From the IMG/VR virus record IMGVR_UViG_3300033153_012010, positions 4,088-68,087 of that record: 64,000 bases of DNA. The stretch is one strand, 5' to 3'. This document shows positions 19,071-27,087 of the stretch, in pieces (position 1 is the stretch's first letter; the number at the start of each line of letters is the position of its first letter). A program made the translations under genes and the position numbers. This stretch comes from a virus. The notes beneath the pieces are model-generated. The model was not told the DNA's origin, did not search any database, and saw only the letters and a list, made by a program, of their open reading frames with translations.

Positions 19071-19128
19071 AAAGAATATGTTTTTTCGCAAAAAGTGTAG
19101 AAAAAAATAAGAAACACTTTTTTAAACA

Positions 19129-19136
19129 TATTTATT
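19129..19136 (+). promoter_or_regulatory. Putative phage late promoter TATTTAT(A/T), representative copy before the capsid gene
   Basis: The same 8-mer lies on the coding strand, mostly 10-45 nt upstream, of about 20 structural or late genes on both strands. Confidence 0.7.
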
Positions 19137-19162
19137 GTTAAACAAATTAAAACTTTTAAAAA

Positions 19163-20839
19163 ATGAGCGAATTATTGAACAGTGGTAAAGTAGGACTTAC
19201 AGTCTTCAAAAACCTAGCTGAACAAAGACAAGCGATTGTAAATAGTTGGTCTGATTCAGGTCTTCTTGATGAAGGATACGATGCAAATGGTAACCCAATC
19301 AGAATGAAAGGAATCAAAGCGTCTAACGTGGCACAACTTTTAGAAAATCAAGCGGCAGCAATGTTGAACGAGGTAACTCTTGATTCATCTGCAGGTAGAT
19401 TTGATACAGTTGCGTTTCCAATAGTAAGAAGAGTATTCTCAAGATTACTAGCAAACGAAATAGTTTCTGTACAGCCTTTGGCATTACCATCAGGATTATT
19501 ATTTTACATGGACGCAAGAGTTTCTTACGCTGGTCAAGATACCAGATTTGAAGCAAATCCTCCAGGTATTACAAACGGAACAGGTACTAGAGACATTGTT
19601 CCACCATTAAACACAGCAAACGGCCAACCAGGTCCAGTATTTGCTGACACAACTGCATACGAAAGATTTTACAACAATCAAGGATTTGATATGTCATTTG
19701 GAACAGGATTCACAGCAATGGGAACTACTGCATCAAGTGCTGCAACTGCTTACGTTGGAGGTCTTAACGATATGGTATTTACTTTAGGTACAGGATTTGA
19801 TACTTCTAAGCAGCAGTCATCTGCAACTCTTAGATTTTCAGCTGTAACTGATATTTACCTTTCTGGTTCTGCAGGAAACACTTTACTTGTAGCGGCAGGT
19901 GGAAACATTCCATTCTATCACTCAATACAAACATGGGCACAAGACCAATTCCAAGGTGGAATAGCAAGAGTAATTCTTGACTTAAGACCAGCTGGAGTAT
20001 ATGGTGCAGATTTTGACGCAGCGTTGTTAAATGACGGTACTAACTTTGGTGCAGCCTTTACTGTTAGTGCAGTACCTACATATGAAGTATTCAATGACCT
20101 TGAAGCTAAGTCTGAAATGGCTGAATTAACAATCAGATTCTCATCTGTAACAGTTAACACTGTAACAAGAAAATTGAGAGCGCACTGGACTCCTGAGCTT
20201 GCTCAAGATTTAGAAGCGTATCACTCAATTGATGCTGAGGCTGAGTTAACAGCTTTACTTTCTGAGCACGTAGCTGCTGAGATTGACAGAGAAATCATCA
20301 TCGACCTTATTAATGGTGCGCCATTCAGAGCTAGATGGGATTACAATGGACTTTCATCTAATGCGAACTTCTTCGGAACTCAAAAAGATTGGAATCAAAC
20401 ATTGATAACTAGAATTAACGAGCTTTCAGCTCAAATTCATAAAGCAACACTTAGAGGTGGAGCAAACTGGATTGTATGTTCTGCAGAAGCAGGAGCAATC
20501 TTTGATGACTTGGAATACTTCCACGTTGATGGTAGCGCAGCTCCAGAAAGCGAAAAGTATAACTTGGGTGTTGAAAAAATTGGTAACTTAGGTTCAAGAT
20601 ACGTAGTGTACAAAGACCCTTACTTGCCAGCGAATATCGTTCTTCTTGGACATAAAGGTAACACTTTCCTTGAAGCTGGGTATATCTACGCACCGTACAT
20701 TCCTCTTCAGTTGACACAAACTATCACTGACCCTAACGACTTTACACCAAGAAAAGGTATAATGACACGTTACGCTAAGAAAATGGTTAACAACAGATTC
20801 TACGGAGTTGTATACATTGATAACATTAACACTTACTAA
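19163..20839 (+). CDS. gp23: Major capsid protein (T4 gp23-like)
   Basis: LLENQ, P.VRRVF..L.A..IVSVQP...PSGLLFY, RKLRA.WTPELAQDL.AYHSIDAEAEL, EIDREII, YAPYIPL and F.PRKGIMTRYA motifs. Confidence 0.98.
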   Translation: MSELLNSGKVGLTVFKNLAEQRQAIVNSWSDSGLLDEGYDANGNPIRMKGIKASNVAQLLENQAAAMLNEVTLDSSAGRFDTVAFPIVRRVFSRLLANEIVSVQPLALPSGLLFYMDARVSYAGQDTRFEANPPGITNGTGTRDIVPPLNTANGQPGPVFADTTAYERFYNNQGFDMSFGTGFTAMGTTASSAATAYVGGLNDMVFTLGTGFDTSKQQSSATLRFSAVTDIYLSGSAGNTLLVAAGGNIPFYHSIQTWAQDQFQGGIARVILDLRPAGVYGADFDAALLNDGTNFGAAFTVSAVPTYEVFNDLEAKSEMAELTIRFSSVTVNTVTRKLRAHWTPELAQDLEAYHSIDAEAELTALLSEHVAAEIDREIIIDLINGAPFRARWDYNGLSSNANFFGTQKDWNQTLITRINELSAQIHKATLRGGANWIVCSAEAGAIFDDLEYFHVDGSAAPESEKYNLGVEKIGNLGSRYVVYKDPYLPANIVLLGHKGNTFLEAGYIYAPYIPLQLTQTITDPNDFTPRKGIMTRYAKKMVNNRFYGVVYIDNINTY

Positions 20840-20876
20840 TCGAAAGATTAAGAAGTAGTTTATCATAAACTAAATT

Positions 20877-20908
20877 AAAAAAAGGAACTCACAGAGTTCC
20901 TTTTTTTT
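20877..20908. terminator. Bidirectional intrinsic terminator after the capsid gene
   Basis: aaaaaaggaactc-aca-gagttcctttttt. Confidence 0.9.
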
Positions 20909-20909
20909 G

Positions 20910-21119
20910 TTATAAACTTTTTTTATTCATAGGAAGGTGAATCCAGTTGTCTATACGACTTTTTAAATCACTTGTCACGCTTGACACGGTGTCAAAATTC
21001 GCAAATTCAGAACCAGATGTCATTATCTTTTTATCATGAGGTCTAGTTATAGACCATATTATCATTTCACCAGACTCTTCTTTGTAGACAACAACTTCAT
21101 ATCCTTTATAGTTTATCAC
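20910..21119 (-). CDS. Small hypothetical protein
   Basis: Last ORF of a tightly packed minus-strand cluster (GTG start). Confidence 0.55.
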   Translation of the reverse strand: MINYKGYEVVVYKEESGEMIIWSITRPHDKKIMTSGSEFANFDTVSSVTSDLKSRIDNWIHLPMNKKSL

Positions 21120-21127
21120 CCTTCTAT

Positions 21128-21478
21128 TCAGAATTTTTCTTTTATTATACGTCTTCTTTTGTTTATCCTTGCTAATTCATCTAAAGTTTCAGTAAGTTCA
21201 TCATTAACTTCTCCATTATCATCAACAACTTGGACTTCATTTTCTGCTATAAATGTGTCTGGGAAAAACGAAAGCTTACTAATCTGGACTATATCCTTTT
21301 TTGATATTCCTCTTCTTAACGTGACCTCTTTGTCAATAATTAAAAAATTTTCATCTTGATGTTTTTCTATAAACATATTAGCTGCAGCATTGTGAGCACA
21401 ATTTGCATTTAATATATTATTATTAAGTTGCCACTCCTGAAATTTAATTAGGAGAATCCTCATTTGTTTTTCATTCAT
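21128..21478 (-). CDS. Hypothetical protein
   Basis: Start overlaps the upstream stop. Confidence 0.65.
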   Translation of the reverse strand: MNEKQMRILLIKFQEWQLNNNILNANCAHNAAANMFIEKHQDENFLIIDKEVTLRRGISKKDIVQISKLSFFPDTFIAENEVQVVDDNGEVNDELTETLDELARINKRRRIIKEKF

Positions 21479-21732
21479 TAGTATTCTCCTTTTAGTTCAG
21501 ATAATTCACTGGGGAAACTCCCATATTGCATTAAGTATTTATCATCTTCTTGAGTAACAGAATCTACTTTTACGTCCTTAGAAGTAAAATTATACTCCTC
21601 AGACTTCTCCAGAAGATATGTTTCAGCGCCTCCTTCTCCTAGAGTGTGACCTTCATCTATAAGATTTCCATTAATAAATAGGCCCTCCCAGTCTCCATCA
21701 CATGATTTTAAAATAAGTACCTCGGTCTTCAT
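21478..21732 (-). CDS. Hypothetical protein
   Basis: 84-aa ORF in the cluster. Confidence 0.7.
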   Translation of the reverse strand: MKTEVLILKSCDGDWEGLFINGNLIDEGHTLGEGGAETYLLEKSEEYNFTSKDVKVDSVTQEDDKYLMQYGSFPSELSELKGEY

Positions 21733-21739
21733 GATATTT

Positions 21740-21949
21740 CTAATTTATTTTATAGGCATTTGGACCGAATTCACTCATGGCCCAGGCAAGTTCATCTTCA
21801 TCAATTGGCTCGCTCATAGATTGATTGTAGTCGTCTAAGCACTCCTGGCAATCTTTCTTTTCATGGTCATATGCTCTTTTTTCACAGTGATAAAATCCAC
21901 CACAACAATTAGAGCCTTCTCGATTTTGTACTAAGTTTTTTAGGTTCAT
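21740..21949 (-). CDS. Small Cys-rich hypothetical protein
   Basis: SNCCG..C..CQEC, possibly metal binding; ATGA overlap with the upstream gene. Confidence 0.6.
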   Translation of the reverse strand: MNLKNLVQNREGSNCCGGFYHCEKRAYDHEKKDCQECLDDYNQSMSEPIDEDELAWAMSEFGPNAYKIN

Positions 21950-22260
21950 TTCAATTGATTATAATCGGATTCTTCAAGTCTTCCTGAATAGAGTTCTTTA
22001 TCACCATCTATCAACTCTTTCTCATATCCTTCAAGTATTTTCATTCCATCATCTGTAATTTCAGATAAATAAAAAACACCAGTCTCTACTACAGTTCCAT
22101 GTGGAGATGAAAAATAAGGTATTGAAAACATTTTTTCACCATTAATTTCTCCCCAACTTCCCTCTTCACTTTCACCAATAATTCTACCAACAACTTCCCC
22201 TAACATACAAGGAAGTCCTTTTTCGTATTTTTTTATTGGATTTTTTGCTATTTCTGCCAT
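21946..22260 (-). CDS. Hypothetical protein
   Basis: 104-aa ORF in the cluster. Confidence 0.65.
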   Translation of the reverse strand: MAEIAKNPIKKYEKGLPCMLGEVVGRIIGESEEGSWGEINGEKMFSIPYFSSPHGTVVETGVFYLSEITDDGMKILEGYEKELIDGDKELYSGRLEESDYNQLK

Positions 22261-22262
22261 GA

Positions 22263-22871
22263 CTATTTTATTTGATTATACAATTCATAGAATCTATCCA
22301 AAAATAATTGTTCTGCTTCTTCTGGAGAAATTTTTTCGATAGGACAATTAGCGAGCTTTTCTTCACGCAAAATTTTTCTAGCCTCTCTAAATGAGATTTC
22401 ATTTTCGGCAGATTTTTTTTCTATATCATAACCATTTATGATTATTGAGTCAAGCTCCATCACAAGTACTTGATTATCAACTTCATGAACTCTATCTGAA
22501 AATGGATATTCTAATCCATATTTTTCAAAAACAAGTTTCTGAATTACATCTTCAGCTAATCTATAATGTTTAAATTCTGGTCTATGCTTAATTGGACGAA
22601 CCAGGTCATTCATTAAGAATTCTGAAGCATCGTGCATAAGAAACATAAGTTTTTGTAGAATGGTTCCAGATTCATAAGAACATAGAACGGAGTGTTGGGC
22701 AACGGAGTAATGAAATAAACAATGACCTCCATATCGACATAGATTTGACAAAGAATGTGCAATGTCTTCTATTTCAATATCGCTTGGTTTTAAGTTAAAA
22801 ATATCAACTTCTTTCCCAGAATATAAAGTCATAGTCATAGGGTTAATTATACTTTTCTTCTTTATTTCCAT
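22263..22871 (-). CDS. HD-superfamily phosphohydrolase (YfbR/YfdR-like 5'-deoxynucleotidase)
   Basis: IEDIAHSLSNLCRYGGH, YSVAQHSV, LMHDASE, D..RPIK and VD motifs. Start at ATG 22871, downstream of the promoter. Confidence 0.88.
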   Translation of the reverse strand: MEIKKKSIINPMTMTLYSGKEVDIFNLKPSDIEIEDIAHSLSNLCRYGGHCLFHYSVAQHSVLCSYESGTILQKLMFLMHDASEFLMNDLVRPIKHRPEFKHYRLAEDVIQKLVFEKYGLEYPFSDRVHEVDNQVLVMELDSIIINGYDIEKKSAENEISFREARKILREEKLANCPIEKISPEEAEQLFLDRFYELYNQIK

Positions 22872-22895
22872 AACTAAAAAGTTTTGGTTCAGGAA

Positions 22896-22926
22896 CAAAT
22901 GTATGTAAAAAAATGGTTACAACAAA
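22896..22926 (-). promoter_or_regulatory. Bacteroidota-type housekeeping promoter
   Basis: Minus strand TTTG-N19-TACATTTG heading the small-gene cluster. Confidence 0.75.
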
Positions 22927-23537
22927 ATTTTTGTTAACTCTTGCTTAATTATAGACCTGATTTCATTCATGGTCTGATGACTCTTATAGTACCTCAAAGC
23001 TTCAGGTGTGAAAGATGGAAATTCATCTGTATTTGGTGCTAGGCCTGTTCTTATGAGTGTATTAAGATATTGTTTTTGGTCGTGAGTATCTAGGTAAGAA
23101 AGTTCTTGAGCGGTGAAAGTTGTGTCTATCGCATATTTTATTTTCTCATGAGCATAATATTTTCTTAACTCATCATTTGCGAGCATATCAAATTCTCCTG
23201 GTGATAATTGGACACCAGAAGTAATTGTCTTGCTGATGTATTCTTTTTGTAATTTCTCTGGCAATCTTGCGAGGTCTGCCTTCTGAAGAAATCTCTTATT
23301 CCAGATATAAATTTCTTTCTCCTGGTCTGACATAGCATTAAATTCATAATCCTCCAACCAGTCTGATGTTCTAACACGATTGTAAAAATATGCTTCTCTA
23401 TTTTGAGGTACAAGATAGTGAATTTCTTTCTCAGTTAACTTGGTATTTTTAACCACAAGGTCATTGACAAAAGATATTTTTTCTTCAGTAGTAAGCCCAT
23501 CAAATCTATCTCTATCAAAATTTATCATAAAATACAA
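22917..23537 (-). CDS. Helical-repeat hypothetical protein
   Basis: About six imperfect ~24-aa repeats; TATTTATA on the minus strand at 23549-23556; start may be ATG 23528. Confidence 0.7.
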   Translation of the reverse strand: MYFMINFDRDRFDGLTTEEKISFVNDLVVKNTKLTEKEIHYLVPQNREAYFYNRVRTSDWLEDYEFNAMSDQEKEIYIWNKRFLQKADLARLPEKLQKEYISKTITSGVQLSPGEFDMLANDELRKYYAHEKIKYAIDTTFTAQELSYLDTHDQKQYLNTLIRTGLAPNTDEFPSFTPEALRYYKSHQTMNEIRSIIKQELTKILL

Positions 23538-23611
23538 AGTTTCTCTACTATAAATAGTCCAAACAAATACGAATCAAATTTTCTAAGACTATTTATAATA
23601 AAATTAAAATT

Positions 23612-23896
23612 ATGGCTTTTCACAACACAAATTGGCAGGCAATACCAATGGAATCTGGGACTTACACTCTTAATGAACTTGGTAATGGTTTAACTGCCTC
23701 AACAGTACACGAAATCTTTTGCACAGTAGGTGGTGCAATAACAATCACAGCAATTGGTGGAGGAGAAATCGCTTGGACTGCAACAGCTGGTCAAAGCATA
23801 AAAGTAGTCCCTGGCAAAGTAATAGTTGGTGGTGGTAACTTTGTAGGCTTTAGAACACACTTTCAACCAAATCTAAACCAGCAAACTGGTAGATAA
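23612..23896 (+). CDS. Small beta-rich virion protein
   Basis: TATTTATA at 23590; G/T-rich; directly upstream of the neck genes. Confidence 0.65.
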   Translation: MAFHNTNWQAIPMESGTYTLNELGNGLTASTVHEIFCTVGGAITITAIGGGEIAWTATAGQSIKVVPGKVIVGGGNFVGFRTHFQPNLNQQTGR

Positions 23897-23912
23897 AAAA
23901 ATTAATTAAACC

Positions 23913-25100
23913 ATGAGCGAATTTTGCGCAACAGGATGTCTTACAGGCATGACTACGACAGAGAAAACTAGAATCTTCAATAGAATTAGAAGAAAGATTG
24001 GTGCTCCTGTTATGGGTGTGGAGCTTCTTGACGAGCACTTAGAAGAGTGTGTCTGTGAAGCAATCGAAGAATACTCTGGTTACATAAATGATTGGGTTCT
24101 TAGAAATAGACTTGGTGAAATGCTAGGCCTTCCTTCCGAGATAGATTTTACATTAAAATATGTTTCCAATAGTTTATATTTTGAAAGGTCTTACGCAAAA
24201 GATATAGGTGAACAAATTGGGCTTGGTGCCAATGGTACTAGAGAAGTTAAAACAACTTCTATTGCTTTAACAGCTGGTACTCAAGATTACTCAGTCCCAG
24301 AAGGAAGAGAAGTCTTAGACATCTTATGGTTCACACCTTCGTTTATAAATTTATTTGGACTTGACCCATTTGCTAATTCAAATATTGCGTTCAGTGAATT
24401 CGGTGCATCCTTTGCGGGGCACACATTATTTCACGTAATGCCTGTGTTCGATACGATTATGACAGCTCAAGCTGCCGAGCTTAGAAATAGAGTTAGAGGT
24501 TCTGAATATCATTATATAATTAGACCTGGACCTAATGGTACAAAGACTCTTAAATTATTCCCAGTGCCAAGAAGTGGGACTGTTGCGGGTGGTAATAATA
24601 ATACAGGAATTGGTGGTGGAGCTGGTACTCCAGGTACAGTATTTTATACTTACAGAGATAGGGCTGGACATTTCGGAAATCCAGAATTCAGTGGTAACAC
24701 TGCTAACCCTGGATATTCTGCTAGTACTTCAATTGAACAAGGAAACGGATTAGTTTCTGGACCAGGTGATGCTCAGTTAAATTATATCAACTGGTATCAA
24801 TTAAATTCTGTGGCTCAAACATGGGTTAAGAGATATGCTCAAGCACTTGCAAAAGAGCTTCTAGGACTTGGTATCAGAGGGAAATTCAATGGACAACTTC
24901 CAATCCCAGGAGCTGAACTTACATTAAATAAAGATGACTTAATTACTAGAGGTGTTGCAGAACAAGAAAGGCTTATTGCAAAACTTGAGAAGGATTTAGA
25001 AGAATTGAGTTACGATAGAATTATGGAAAAGAGAGCGGCTGTTCAAGAAGCTGTGAACAGAAGTCTCGCTTACGTTCCAATGAAAATTTGGATATATTAA
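23913..25100 (+). CDS. Neck/head-completion adaptor (T4 gp13-like)
   Basis: IRRKIGAPV..VEL..E N-terminus and WVKRYA.ALAK....RGKF..LPIPG..TLN C-terminus, typical of gp13-like proteins. Confidence 0.85.
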   Translation: MSEFCATGCLTGMTTTEKTRIFNRIRRKIGAPVMGVELLDEHLEECVCEAIEEYSGYINDWVLRNRLGEMLGLPSEIDFTLKYVSNSLYFERSYAKDIGEQIGLGANGTREVKTTSIALTAGTQDYSVPEGREVLDILWFTPSFINLFGLDPFANSNIAFSEFGASFAGHTLFHVMPVFDTIMTAQAAELRNRVRGSEYHYIIRPGPNGTKTLKLFPVPRSGTVAGGNNNTGIGGGAGTPGTVFYTYRDRAGHFGNPEFSGNTANPGYSASTSIEQGNGLVSGPGDAQLNYINWYQLNSVAQTWVKRYAQALAKELLGLGIRGKFNGQLPIPGAELTLNKDDLITRGVAEQERLIAKLEKDLEELSYDRIMEKRAAVQEAVNRSLAYVPMKIWIY

Positions 25101-25103
25101 TAA

Positions 25104-25676
25104 ATGGCTGATTTAAACGAAATAGGAAAATTCCCAGATGGTCTCAACAATGATGAGTCTAACCCAGATGGTATTGATTTATTTTTCGGTGATAAAGAAA
25201 GAGCATTCTTTGCTAAGACTGGTAGAGAAATGACAGAAAAAATTCTTAAGGAGACAATGATGCTCTATAGAATTGACCTCCGTAGAACTCAAACTCACGG
25301 GTTATATGGCGAAGCTAAATCTTTCCAAAAAGTTTGGAAACCAGAAGTAAAAATTGGTGGAAGAATTAATGTTGAAGCTATTGATACTGAGTACGCTGCA
25401 GATGGTGGTATTGTTAAAAAAGGATTCGGTCAACTTACTGCTCACGTATACATGGACCACTTAGAAGAATTAGGATTGGTGATGGAGAAAGAAAATCAAA
25501 CTACTGTGTTCGACCTTAACGATGGTGACTTTATCGGATTCAAAGGCCAATTTTATAAAATCACAAATAACGGACACGCTCAAATTTCAAATGAACATTC
25601 TTGGGGTGGTGACAGAAGATTTTTTGTTACGATAACTGCCATTGAAGTTGATGAGGATGTGTTTAAGGCTCGTTAA
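25104..25676 (+). CDS. Neck/head-closure protein (gp14-like)
   Basis: Follows the gp13-like gene; LYGEA and GDFI.F.GQFYKIT motifs. Confidence 0.65.
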   Translation: MADLNEIGKFPDGLNNDESNPDGIDLFFGDKERAFFAKTGREMTEKILKETMMLYRIDLRRTQTHGLYGEAKSFQKVWKPEVKIGGRINVEAIDTEYAADGGIVKKGFGQLTAHVYMDHLEELGLVMEKENQTTVFDLNDGDFIGFKGQFYKITNNGHAQISNEHSWGGDRRFFVTITAIEVDEDVFKAR

Positions 25677-25689
25677 TTTGGATTTTCTT

Positions 25690-25915
25690 ATATCTATAAT
25701 ATAATTATTATATATAGTATATATAAGCACTACCAGATTAGGGAAAACTTCAAAAAGATAACGCCCCCCCTATAGTCCCCCCCGATAAATCAGATTGAAC
25801 AAATAGGTGAAGATTACTCTTGACAAACCCAGTAGAAGACTACCATGTTCAGTGCAAAATCTCTGTGATAGAAAGCAACGCCCCCAAAAATAAAACTCGT
25901 TCACAGAGCAAAAAC
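25690..25915 (-). other. Non-coding locus: structured RNA and/or replication origin candidate
   Basis: No ORF; C7-TATAGT-C7 on the + strand, an 8-bp inverted repeat, an AT-rich palindrome and an upstream host-type promoter. Confidence 0.55.
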
Positions 25916-25920
25916 CAAGG

Positions 25921-25952
25921 CAAATCTAATAAATAAAAACTCGTAATTCAAA
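25921..25952 (-). promoter_or_regulatory. Bacteroidota-type housekeeping promoter
   Basis: Minus strand TTTG-N20-TAGATTTG, an exact consensus match. Confidence 0.75.
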
Positions 25953-25986
25953 TTTTATTCTAACTATTTATAATAAACATTAGAAA

Positions 25987-26700
25987 ATGGCTATTAACGA
26001 CAACATAGGAAAGGAGTTAGATAAGGATTTTGAGAACTTCAATTACTTACCACAAAAACTATTCCTTGAAGACCTTGATTTAGGAATCAAAGGCTTTGTT
26101 GATGACTTAGATATAAGTATGGTTAATGAGAATAACATTTTAGCAAAAGTACCATTAATTTGGCTTGCTCAAGAACTTTGGGCAGAGAGAAAGTTAAATT
26201 GGAAAGAAATGAGAGGAGAGATAGGAGAAGAAATCACTAGACCATTCATGACGATTTATAGAAAGTCTGTTGGTCCAGGTACATCTCCACTGAAGAGAAC
26301 TGTTCCAAAGAAAATGAGATTTAGATATGTTAAGGTTCCAACGTTTGATGGAACGCTTAAGGGATATACTTTGTGGAAGATACCACAACCGACTTATGTT
26401 GATACAACATATACTTTGAGTTTATTTACTCACTATATGGTTGATGTAAATGAATTCTATGAAATGGTTCTTAGAGATGGTTGGTCAAGTGGACAAGGGT
26501 ATATGAAAATTAATGGTCATAATATATCATCAAAGTTAAGCGACCCAAGTGAAAACAACAAAAATGATATAAATCAGGAGAAGGTTTATAGGATTGATAT
26601 ACCGATTACTATGCATGGTAAATTAATTGACCCCACTAAATTTGAAAAAGTAAATACAATTACAAAGGTGTTAATTAAAATTACAGAGAAAAGGAGATAA
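25987..26700 (+). CDS. Tail completion/sheath-stabiliser protein (gp15-like)
   Basis: Position between neck and sheath genes; KVPL....E.W and P.PTYVD..Y motifs. Confidence 0.6.
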   Translation: MAINDNIGKELDKDFENFNYLPQKLFLEDLDLGIKGFVDDLDISMVNENNILAKVPLIWLAQELWAERKLNWKEMRGEIGEEITRPFMTIYRKSVGPGTSPLKRTVPKKMRFRYVKVPTFDGTLKGYTLWKIPQPTYVDTTYTLSLFTHYMVDVNEFYEMVLRDGWSSGQGYMKINGHNISSKLSDPSENNKNDINQEKVYRIDIPITMHGKLIDPTKFEKVNTITKVLIKITEKRR

Positions 26701-26750
26701 ATCAATAATGTTTTATGTTTTTTCTCCTATTTATAAGAAAGTTTAAATAA

Positions 26751-27056
26751 ATGAACATTAAGAACAAAAAGAATAAGGCAAACTATGTGAATTTTAAAGC
26801 TAGTGGAGTTCCTAAAAAGATTCTAATTCCAGCTGGAAAAACTGCCAATATTCCTTCTCTTTTAAATGAGTCACAGATTGTAAATACTGGTGATTTTTTG
26901 AGAGGATTTTTGATAGTAATTGAAGAAACTAAAGAAACTAAAGCAAAGGCTAAGCCTGTTTTATCTAAAGCTTCTAAGAAGAAAGAAGAGAAAGAAACAG
27001 AAACTGCATTCGATAAAATCGAAAAAGAGGTAAAGGCTTATACTGACAATAAATAA
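26751..27056 (+). CDS. Hypothetical protein
   Basis: TATTTATA at 26728; immediately upstream of the sheath gene. Confidence 0.7.
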   Translation: MNIKNKKNKANYVNFKASGVPKKILIPAGKTANIPSLLNESQIVNTGDFLRGFLIVIEETKETKAKAKPVLSKASKKKEEKETETAFDKIEKEVKAYTDNK

Positions 27057-27087
27057 TAAAATAAATAACTAATAAAATCAAAGCGAT

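Noticed and set aside
9839-27056. Possible paralogy between 9839..10111 and 26751..27056 (IKN...I.[LI]..G)
   Set aside because: The similarity is too short and weak to support without a profile search.
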